NCBI RefSeq assembly: GCF_006345805.1
Contig: NC_043021.1
Coordinates: 5,332,001 to 5,396,000, forward strand
DNA: 64,000 nt
Origin: Octopus sinensis
Lineage: Eukaryota
Direction of reading: 5' to 3'
Shown here: positions 51,128 through 61,980 of the stretch, one piece after another
Position numbering within the stretch: the first letter of the stretch is position 1
How the letters are laid out: every line of letters begins with the position of its first letter
Made by a program: the position numbers and the translations under genes
Notes under the pieces: generated by a model
Told to the model about the DNA's origin: nothing
Database searches by the model: none
What the model saw: only the letters and a program-made list of their open reading frames with translations

Positions 51128-51648
51128 TGGATGAAATCCACTCAATCACACGCCAGATTTTATCATAACGATAAATACGCGTGTGGTTCAATTGATTACA
51201 TCCGACGTTATAATTCAAATGCCCCAACTAACAGCGCACCAAATTTTCACGGAAAACAAATACAGCATTTAGAAATAAATGCAGCATAATTATAATTAAT
51301 TAATAAGGTGGTGCTAGAGTGAGCCATATAGTGACCACTCTCTTATATTTATTTTGTAAAAATATTATAATATATTATAAAATATTATAATAATCCAGGT
51401 TTCTCGGAGCACTAGGCCACTTGGTGTAGAATAGATATACTATTAAATTAGTATCTAATTCTCTCACCCTTATTAATTAATTATAATTATGCTGCATTTA
51501 TTTCTAAATGCTGTATTTGTTTTCCGTGAAAATTTGGCGCGCTGTTAGTTGGGGCATTTGAATTATAACGTCGGATGTAATCAATTGAACCACACGCGTA
51601 TTTATCGTTATGATAAAATCTGGCGTGTGATTGAGTGGATTTCATCCA

Positions 51649-51740
51649 GATAGTTTTGGCTGAGGAGCTACAAGTGGATTTTTTTGTAAGTAAAATTACA
51701 TTTAATTCATTAATAGCGAAACAATTGTCCCAAAATAATC
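51649..51740 (+). ncRNA. Type I hammerhead ribozyme (copy 2)
   Basis: Stem I GATAGTTTTGG/CCAAAATAATC; core CTGAGGA (51660-66); stem II GCTA/TAGC; GAAA (51718-21); palindromic stem III ACAATTGT; GTC triplet at 51727-29. Confidence 0.85.
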
Positions 51741-52034
51741 TGTATTTTTGTTATTTTTTATTTGCCCTGTCCGTGTGAGCTAACAATCGTACTGACTTTC
51801 ATGGGAAACATGTATTTTTGTGGTTGAAACCTATTGGATTAACTGGTGCTAGAGTGAGCCATATAGTGACCACTCTCTTATATTTATTTTATATATATAT
51901 ATATATATATATCACGTCATGTGACTGACCAGACCATCAGATGTTGTTACACATCGCTAGTCACAATGCGTTCGCATTGTTTTAGCCTTCGAATGATGCC
52001 ACCCCGCTGGCTAAGCGAGCAGGCCAATATATAT

Positions 52035-52086
<52 letters not shown>

Positions 52087-53679
52087 GCAATGGTAAGATC
52101 CAACGATCAAGGTGTAGGAAGTTATTTATATATATATATGCATCATCCTCATCATTTAATGTCTGACTTCCATGTTGGCATCTGCGTATATATGCAAATG
52201 TATTCATATGTGCACATGCACATAACGCACTGACTGCATCAGTGTGCCAACCAGACTATCGGTTGTTGTTATATACTGCTTGCCTCAATGCACTTCCTCG
52301 AATTGTTGTAGCTTTCAGATGATGCCACCCCCCACACCTGGCAGGAAGTCAACATTCCTCTTGAGCAGAAGATGCCAGCCCGTTACAAAGTTCCTCCACT
52401 CCACACATTTACAGCTGAGTGGAGTGGAGGAACTTGGAAGGAAGTGTCATGTTCAAGAACACAACACACTGCTGAGTCTGGGGACCAAAACTACAATCTT
52501 GGCATAATGAGTTTGTCTCCCTAACCACTGGGCCAAGCAGTTTCACTACACACACACACACACACACACACGTATGTCTGTGTGTGTGTGTGTGTGCTGC
52601 ATGCATCATTGTATTTATCAAACTGGGATCATGAAAAACAAAAATAGAGAAATTTTAAATTTTCTCCTAAATAAGGTTGCATTTCTTAATTGTCATCTCT
52701 GACCTTTGACACCTAAGTTAATTGGACAATTAATAAGCTACAGCTTACTTCCATGACCTTCAACACTAACGTTTCATTCGAACTATTCTCCTTGAGCAAG
52801 TTTATTTTCCTTCTTCCTTGTGGCTGTTGAAGCTTTGATGTTCTTACTTTTGATGTATATGGTACAGAAATAGTTACAAAGTTTGAAGTTGTTAATGACC
52901 AGGTCATTCGTATTGGGATTTGAAGACTGAAAGAGGTTCTGAAGTGGTTTCTTGAATGTTAAGAGTGTTAAATGAAGAAATAAATAAATAAATAAAAATA
53001 CTAATGGTGAATGAAATAAAATAAGGAAGGGCAGGAAAGCTATAAATCTGTGGGCATTTGTTGCTGTTTCTGCTCTCAATTGCTACAACCACAACCACTG
53101 CTGCTGCTGCTGGTGTTGTTTTAGCCCAAACTCATCTCTGATCTAGTTTAGCAAACCTATGAACAAAGGTTGGTGAAGTGGCAGAGACAGCTTGAGTGAG
53201 TAGGATTACTCAAAGCAGGTGTCTGCAGTACAGGGGAGTGGGGAGTACTTCCCATAGTACACCTGGTGGGTGGGGTGGCTTAGGATCTGTGGTGCTCTTT
53301 GGTTCACCCTAGGTGGTATTTCCCCTCTGTTGGAGATTTTGTTAAAATCGGGCATGGCTGTGTGGTTAGGGAGCTTGCTTCCTGGCTACATGGTTTCGGG
53401 TTCAGTCCCACTGCGTGGCTCTTTGGGTAGGTGTCTTCCACTATAGCCCCGAGCCGACAGGAGCTTTGTGATTGAATTCGGTAGGTGGAGATTACTGACG
53501 TGTGTGTTTGTGTGCGTATAGCTGCTCAGTGCCTCTCCGAAAGAGAGAGAGAGGGTTTTGCAGACTGATATTCTTTTCTTTTGTTTGCATATTATTATGT
53601 AAACCCTCACTATCCTTTGTCCTATTGTCCTAAATGTTCTCACAACCCTTGTGGTCAATAAAGAAGGAATTATTATTAT

Positions 53680-53895
53680 CGCAGAAACGTTAGCACGCCG
53701 GGCGAAATGCTTTGCAGTATTTCGTCTGCCGCTACGTTCTGAATTCAAATTCCGCCGAGGTCGAGCTTTGCCTTTCATCCTTTTGGGGTCGATTAAATAA
53801 GTACCAGTTACGCACTGGGGTCGATATAATCAACTTAATCCGTTTGTCTGTCCCTGTTTGTCCTCTCTGTGTTTAGCCCCCTGTGGGTAGTAAAG
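53680..53895 (+). mobile_element. SINE family B abutting a (TAA)n run
   Basis: Family B body ending AAAGAAATA then (ATA)n. Confidence 0.85.
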
Positions 53896-53904
53896 AAATA
53901 ATAA

Positions 53905-55865
53905 TAATTATTATTGATTGTGAACACACCCTCCAATAGTCAGAAGGACAGAACATCTGTCTCTCCACAGAAATAGGGTTACTGATCTCCTTCATTCTCC
54001 TTCTCTCTGACAACCATGGCCTTGCTCACAATAGGCAGTGTAAATGCCTGTGGCCTGGCATTGTCTTTGTTTTCTTTCTCAATTAAGACTATGTCCAGCT
54101 TCCTATTCGCAATCTCATGGTTGCACTGAATCATAAAATCCCATAGGATCTTTGCATTTCTATTTTAGACAATGACTTCAGGTTTGAGGTCATACCAATT
54201 TTTTCTCTGTCAAGTTCATACTTGTGGCAAAGTGTCCAAAGGACAAGCCTTGCTATATTGTTGTGGCGTCTCTTATATTCCTTCTGGGCTAGTGGCGTAC
54301 ATTGGCTGGTAATAGGCCAAACAGTTTCACCATTTTGTTCACACATTCTGCACTTATCACCTTCTGAGGTGTTGTCTATTCTGTATTTTATGTAGTTTGT
54401 TCTTAGTGCTTGCTCTTGGGCAGCACACGCTAGGGCCTCCGTTTCTGGTTTTACATCACTTTTAGTCATCTACAGCAATCTTTTTTCTTTGTCTGTCTTA
54501 TCTTCAACATCCCTATGAATTTGACCATGGATACTTTTCTTTACCCACCTATTTTCAATTTCTTGTATAGTGCTTTATCTTTGCAATCTTTCATCCTACA
54601 CACACCTGACCTTCCTACTTCTAATAATAACGGTTCTGTGGCATTTTTTACATACCATACTATGTTGCTTTCTTCTGTTCTAATGCTGTGTTCACATCCA
54701 ATAAGTCCTCTTCCCTGTCTTTTTCTTGGTACATACAGTCTATCTGTGTCACTTTTTGGGTGGGATGTCCCATAGCAACTTCCTTGTCTTTCTGTCTAAG
54801 CTGTTTACCATAAAGTTTGAGGTCATCTATGAATAGCAAATGGTTGACTTTTTGTTGGTGGCTTTTGAATACATACCCAGCTTTTGCTTTCCTCAGAATC
54901 AGTGTCAGTGGTATCAAGCACAGTACAAAGATCAGTGGGGACAGGCAGTCCCCATGGAAGATGCCCCTCCTAATTTCTACTGTCCCTAAACTTCCGTATG
55001 CTGTCAGGTTCATCTTCCAATTTGCCATACTTTTTCCAAGCAATTGCTCAACATTCGATGCAGTACCAAATAGGTTCATACATTCCATAATCCAAGAATG
55101 TGGGATCCTTTCGTACACGTTACGATACTCAATCCATGACATGGCTAAGTTACTTTTCCTCCTCTTGCAGTCTCTGAGTACAGTTTTGTCTATCAGGAGT
55201 TGATCCTTGGTACCTCTGCACTTATGCTTGCAACCCTTCTGCTCATGTGGCAGGACTCCATTTTTTCCAGATGTTCGTACATTGACTCTGCAACTATTCC
55301 AGTCAATAACTTCCACATAAGTGGCAAACAAGATATTGGCCTGTAATTGTCTACCGTATTGTGTTTTTCAATGTTTTTCAGGCACAGCACTGTCCTACCC
55401 AATGTCAATCACTCTGGTGTTACTTGGTTGGCATTTAACAAGGTGTTGAGTTGCACAGCTATTCGTGCATGACATTCACCAAATCTTTTGATCCAGTAGC
55501 CTTGAACTCCATCGGGTCCAGAGGCCTTCCAGTTGCTCATTTTTTTGCTGATTTCCTTAACTTCCCTCACCGAAATGACTAGTTCTGCCTCTTTTGGACA
55601 GACTACTGTTTGTTTCAGTTCTTGCAACCATTCAGCATCCTTCTTATTCTCCTTGTCTTTTCTCCAGATGTCACTCCAAAGCCTTTGACTTCCAATGTCA
55701 TTTGCTATCAACTTTTCATCTGTACACTCTCCATCTATTTCTTTATAGAATCCCTTCTGAGCTATTCTGAATAACCTATTCTGGTGGTAACCCACCATTG
55801 TTTGGTCGTATCTTACCATCTTTGCTTTCTTTGCAACGAGGTGCTGTTTCAGTTCCACCACAGTT
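53905..55865 (-). mobile_element. R4/Dong-clade non-LTR retrotransposon, decayed and internally deleted (RT, zinc knuckle, restriction-like endonuclease)
   Basis: KASGPDGVQGYW; [17 protein letters not shown]; DQLLIDK...SWIEY...IPHSWI; [15 protein letters not shown]; [12 protein letters not shown]; AAQEQALRTN...KCRMC...KRRHN; ILWDF.IQ..RKLDIV; many stops and frameshifts. Confidence 0.85.
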
Positions 55866-56069
55866 CAGGACCTTTCTTTCAATATTATACTTCCTTTTCA
55901 GCACCCTGTATTACTACTACTACTACTGACTGAAATGGGAACCTGAATTCTGTAATTCCAGTCTCTGGTGATTTACTAGGAATAAATCACATTAACATCT
56001 GGCCAATATTAGGAAGAAATCCAGTTGTTTTTATTTTGTTTTTTCTTTTTGGCAAGAGTTCTACAATAG

Positions 56070-56100
<31 letters not shown>

Positions 56101-58094
56101 GCATCTTGTTACTAAGGTTATGGTTGTAATTGTTGTTACTGTCTGCTTTAGTTTCTGTGTCCAGTACCTATTGTTGCTTTAAATTCTTTTATTCATTTTA
56201 CTGGTTTCAGTCATAGGACTGTGGCCATGTTGGAGCACCTGGTACATATTTCTTTTTTTTTTTATAGATTGGAATCTGTCAGAATGCAGTTATTTGTTTT
56301 ATCTAGTTTTTTTTTCTGGCTTGTTTTTATTGTTTTCATTTTAGTTTTTTTTTCTTTTCTTTGAGATAAACCAGAAAACCTGGCATATATAAGACAAATA
56401 GTTTTGACAATTCTTCATTCAGCTTCCATTCAGGATCTCTCACCTCCCTCTATCCACCTCCTGCCCTCTCTCCCCCCTTCTCCTCTCCTTCCCATCTCCC
56501 TTTCTTCCTCCCTCTTTCCCTGTTCTCTATTCTTTTACCTTTTAACTCGAAGTTTCCGCTTCCCTTCCTCCCTCTTTGTTATTATTCCCTCTCCTCCCCT
56601 TGGCCAACTTTCTTATATTTCCATCTATCTCTCCTCATTTCCCTTCTATTCATTCTCTCTTCACCCCTCATCTCTTTCTCTTCTGTATCTCCTCTTCCCC
56701 TCTCTTCTTTCTATCGTTTCACGCTCTCCCTCTTCTTCTCTTCTTCTTCCTCCTCACATCTCTGCAGATAAATTGGTGTAAAATAAATCAAGGGGTAGGA
56801 CAAAATCAGTTATTCAGTATGATGGATTAAATGCTTTGGGTTGAACAAAATCTGAGAACAAAGGTTTGAAAACTTTCATGAGAACTTCAGACATCTCATA
56901 CAACTGTTTTTGGACACCTGTAAAAAATTGGAAAAGTCAAGAAAACAGATAGGTTTGTTACACATCAACTGAACATCATCATCATCATCATCGTTTAACG
57001 TCCGTTTTCTATGCTAGCATGGGTTGGACGATTTTGACTGAGGGCTGGCGAACCAGATGGCTGCGCCAGGCCCAGTTTGATCTGGCAGTGTTTCTACGGC
57101 TGGATGCCCTTCCTAATGCCAACCACTCCGAGAGTGTAGTGGGTGCTTTTTACATGCCACCTGCACAGGTGCCAGACGAGGCTGGCAAACGGCCACGATC
57201 GGATGGTGCTTTTTACGTGCCACCGGCACGGGGGCCAGACGGGGCTGTTAATGGCCACAATCGGAGGGTGCTTTTTACATGCCACTGGCACGGAGGCCAG
57301 TCGGGGCGGTGCTGGCAATGGCCACGTTCGGATGGTTCCCCTATGTGCCACCGGCACAAAAAATACAGATGCCTCGAAGTATACTCCTTATTGCTTTTTT
57401 GACCGGAAAAAGATCATTTTTGCATCAAATCATTACTTGTGATAAGAAATGGATACTCTTTGACAACAGTTGTACTCTTTTGCCGCAACTTTCTCTCACT
57501 CTTTCTTCTGTTGACCTGCTTGCTCAGCCAGCGGAGCGGCGTCATTTGAAGGCTAAAACAATGCGAAGCGCATTGTGACCAGCGATGTGTAGCAACATCT
57601 GATAGCCTGGTCAGTCACGTGATATATATATATATATATATATATGCACATACACACACATGATGGGCTCTCCTACACAGTTTCTGTGTACGAAATCTAT
57701 TCACAAAGCATTGATCGGCCCAGGGTTATAATAGAAGGCACTTGCCTAAAATGACATGCAGAGGACTGAACCTGAGACCATTTGGTTGTAAAGTGAGTTT
57801 CTTAACCACACAGTTATGTTTTTACAGAACTACAACCTGTTGCCCACATCTAAAGAATTCGGGCAGTTGCTCTTTCTCCCATTGAGTGGTTAAGGACTTG
57901 GAGCATATTAGCCTGTGTCATATCTGTTGGCTGCTGATACACTACTAATTAGACTTAGGTCCTCCTCACATGTTGTTAAATGCCTAAAGTAGCAAGCTTC
58001 CTCCAGCATGGCCAGTCTGCTGTATCTTTCTCCACTCTTGTCCAATATGGGTCATCATGCATTTAACCCCGGGGCTGTATGTATTTTTTTTTTT

Positions 58095-58492
58095 CTTTTT
58101 ACTTGTTTCAGTCATTTGACTGCGGCCATGCTGGAGCACCGCCTTTTAGTCGAGCAAATCGACCCCGGGACTTATTCTTTGTAAGCTCAGTACTTATTCT
58201 ATCGGTCTCTTTTGCCGAACCGCTAAGTGACGGGGACGTAAACACACCAGCATCGGTTGTCAAGCAATGCTAGAGGGACAAACACAGACATACAAACATA
58301 TACACACACACATATATATACATATATACGACAAGCTTCTTTCAGTTTCCGTCTACCAAATCCACTCACAAGGCATTGGTCGGCCCGGGGCTATAGCAGA
58401 AGACACTTGCCCAAGATGCCACGCAGTGGGACTGAACCCGGAACCATGTGGCTGGTTAGCAAGCTACTTACCATACATCCACTCCTGCGCCA
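58095..58492 (-). mobile_element. SINE family A, full length, followed by an opposite-strand 3' half (58520-58725)
   Basis: Matches family A in both orientations. Confidence 0.86.
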
Positions 58493-58729
58493 TGTATATA
58501 TTAATGTGTGTCTTCGTGTTTGTGTTTGTCCCCCCCCCCACCGTCGCTTGACAACCGATGTTGGTGTATTTACGTCCCCGTAACTTAGCGGTTCGGCAAA
58601 AACTTAGCGATATAATAAATACTAGGCTTACAAAGAATGAGTCCTGGGTCGATTTCTTCGATGGAATCCATTTAAGGCAGTGCCCCAGCGTGGCCGCAGC
58701 CAAATGACCGAAACTTGTGAAAGAATAAG

Positions 58730-59086
58730 AGAGCAAGTCTGTGTATGCAAGCATTTTGTATTTTGCTTGCGGGTGCGCGGAGTGTCTCTGGACACTGCAT
58801 GTGCTAAGGTTTCCTCACGCTGTGTGTGTGTGTGTGTGTGTGTGCATAGTTTCCGTTCTGTTCGAGTGTTTATGTGCACACAAAAAAACTTCCATACTAT
58901 ACACACACACACGCACACGGCCGCCCGCCCAGTTTTTTTCTTTTTAACTCTGCGTGTGTGGAAACATGTGAGTGCTCGCGCGCCCAACGTTTCCGTAAAA
59001 ATTTGTTTGTGTGTGTGTGTGCGTGAGGAGTACGCACGCGCATGGTTTCCGGGACTGTGCCGTGCGTAACAAAAGTTTTTGTACTG

Positions 59087-59119
<33 letters not shown>

Positions 59120-59380
59120 AAAGCAAAAGCCTGTACACTGTTTTCTTAACTTTCTCTTTTTGGTGGTTCCTTCACACCTTCCACCCTCGTCTTTCATCAC
59201 CACCTCCACCGAACCAATTCTTTTCTTTTTTCTTAACTTTCTTCCTCCAGCCGTCTTTTGCTAAGTAAAGTGACTGCCAATTCAAACTTTTTTCGGAAGT
59301 TAAGCTGCCTGACAAGAAGCCAGGCAGATAACTAACACCACACACACACACATAATAGTGTATATGTGTATGTGTGTGTG

Positions 59381-59421
<41 letters not shown>

Positions 59422-59720
59422 AGTAAGAGAGAGTTGGGGGAGATCTGTTGATAAGACAGTACAAAACCAGCAGGCACACGCGTGCGCACTCACATACGCA
59501 CACGCACACATACACTTGTACTTATTACACACAAACACGCGGATATTGCCTCAAGAACGGGCCGGGGCACCTTACACAGCGAGCTCGATAGATAGATAGA
59601 AAGGTCGAGCAACAAACTAGCACCGAATACCGCCACCCCTGCAAATCTCTCCCCTCACTTTCTAACCTCCGTCGACATCCACTCTTTGACTCCCCAAGCA
59701 AGACGGGAGGGGATCTCTAA
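58730..59720. promoter_or_regulatory. CpG-retaining unique region, candidate promoter/enhancer
   Basis: Dense CpG (GCGGGTGCGCGG, GGCCGCCCGCCC, CTCGCGCGCCC) in non-repeat DNA; clustered TTTCC/GGAAA motifs. Confidence 0.45.
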
Positions 59721-60989
59721 ACTTATAATATATAATATATTATATATATATACACACACACACATATAAATATTATATTATATATATACATATATATATA
59801 TATTATGTACACACGCGAATAAATACGCGTTTATATCAATATCTTTCTCCGAGATCTCAAATTTTTTGATTGGTAATCAAAATATTATAAGCACCACTCT
59901 CTTGTTGGATAATTGGATACTTAAAAATATATATATACATATATAAATACTACCACAGACAGTCTATTTATGATTCGGTAAGTAAAAATAACAAACATAA
60001 AAATTTCCTCTTTTTTTCTGTTTTCAAAACTATTCGAACTTTACGAAGCTTTGAAGGAAAGGAGAAAAAAATACTCAAGAAAACTTGCTTTTTTTGCTTA
60101 GATTCCGAAGAATTTTCAGATCTTTGTGTATGTATGTGTGTGTGTGTGTGTTTTCTTTTACTCTTACTTGTTCAGTCATTTGACTGTGGCCACGCTGGAG
60201 CACCGCCTTTAGTCGAATAAATCACCCTGCAGGACTTATTCTTTGTAAGCTTAGTACTTATTCTATCGGATCCTTTTGCCGAACCGCTGATCTACAGGGA
60301 CGTAAACACACCAACACTGGTTGTCAAGCGAAACACACACACACACGACGGGCTTCTTTCAGTTTCCGTCTACCAAATCCACTCAAGGCTTTGAACATAG
60401 AACTAATATATATAATGTTATTTTATTAATTTCATTTATTAAAATGGGGCACTGATGGGGTAGCACTGGGCCTTAAGGTCTTTTGTCGATTCTATTGACC
60501 CAGTCCTTTAATTTGTCATATTTTATTGGATCCACATCTCGAAGGCTAAGTCTGAAGACTAGATATTTTTCTTCGATGCACGGACATACATAGATACATA
60601 TATACATACCCATGTGTGTGTGTAATACTATGTGTGGAGAAAATTATGGAGTTATTGTTTTATTGAAGATATATATATATATATATATAAACAAAGTTAA
60701 AGATAAATGTTTCTAAATTCTTAAATGAAGCGAACTTTATGTGGAGTCTTAAAATATTTATAAATTCTTGAGTTATGTCGAAGTTTCACTTAGGCTGGTT
60801 TAGTCAAACTGTCATATCTATCTATCTGTCTGTCTGTCTGTCTTATGTGTGTCTATGTGATTTGTATGTATGTATTTATGTATGTGTGTATGTATGTATG
60901 TGCGTGCGTGCGTGCTTTGTCTGCGCATAGCCATATATATTATTTATTTATTGGACCCATAAATGAATGTCTTTGGAAGGAAACTGTTG

Positions 60990-61030
<41 letters not shown>

Positions 61031-61284
61031 GCTAGTGTATGTATGGTCAAGATGAATATGTGGTATTTGAAATATTTCATTAAAATTTAATTAACAACTC
61101 TAACATATACTTTCGCTTCTCACTACTTTAATATTTGTACCTGAAGTTCTCGCGGATGGAAGTTTACAATCACTTAATTGTGTTTAATTGCAAATACTTT
61201 AGTCTCGTATACAAAACATTTCCTTGTCTCGTTTTTTTACCTACCCTGCAACTTCGCTTCTTTTTGTTGCTGTTTTACAAACAG

Positions 61285-61389
61285 TTCAAGGAAGAAATTT
61301 CGGCAGATTTAAATAAAATACGAATAGAGGAAGCACTTTTTTTTTCAACCCTTTCGCTGACAATAATTCTTCAGTATCTATTTACACAG
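61285..61389 (+). other. Candidate 105-nt exon (probably UTR or weakly coding)
   Basis: Long pyrimidine tract ...ttttacaaacag| and acacag|GTATGT donor; open as FKEEISADLNKIRIEEALFFSTLSLTIILQYLFTQ. Confidence 0.35.
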
Positions 61390-61534
61390 GTATGTTGCGT
61401 GTAGGACGGATAGCTAGGCAGTTAGAATGGAGAAGGGTTGTCAGATAGATAGATAGGTAGGTAAGTTTATTTTGGAGACTTAACAATCGAACAAAACAAA
61501 AAGCAAAATGGGCGTGGGAAAGAGTATGTCTAAG

Positions 61535-61589
<55 letters not shown>

Positions 61590-61624
61590 TAAAAATATAT
61601 ATTGAATTCTGTTTATCCTGTTCA

Positions 61625-61692
61625 TTTTACCAAATCTATTTATCTATCTATCTATATATTTCTTTCTATCTATCGATCTATCTATTTGTCTG

Positions 61693-61733
<41 letters not shown>

Positions 61734-61796
61734 ATATTTCTTTCTATCTATCTATCTATCTATCTATTTGTCTGTCTGTCTGTCTGTCTATCTATT

Positions 61797-61831
<35 letters not shown>

Positions 61832-61902
61832 TTGTCTGTCTGTCTATCTATCTATCTATTTGTCTGTCTGTCTATCTATCTATCTATCTATTTGTCTGTC
61901 TG

Positions 61903-61980
<78 letters not shown>
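61625..61980. repeat. (TATC)n/(TGTC)n tetranucleotide array
   Basis: Visible in sequence. Confidence 0.96.

Larger units (their letters stand above)
50794..51890. mobile_element. Fold-back element of two oppositely oriented, circularly permuted ~535-bp monomers (family H1; Penelope pLTR/retrozyme-like)
   Basis: Direct repeat TGGTGCTAGAGTGAGCC at 51309 and 51844; 50794-51308 is the reverse complement of a permuted monomer lacking 36 bp; two substitutions found between the halves; (TA)n on both flanks. Confidence 0.88.

Noticed and set aside
54660-55331. 223-aa ORF as a functional reverse transcriptase
   Set aside because: Part of a frameshifted, stop-containing, internally deleted R4 element.
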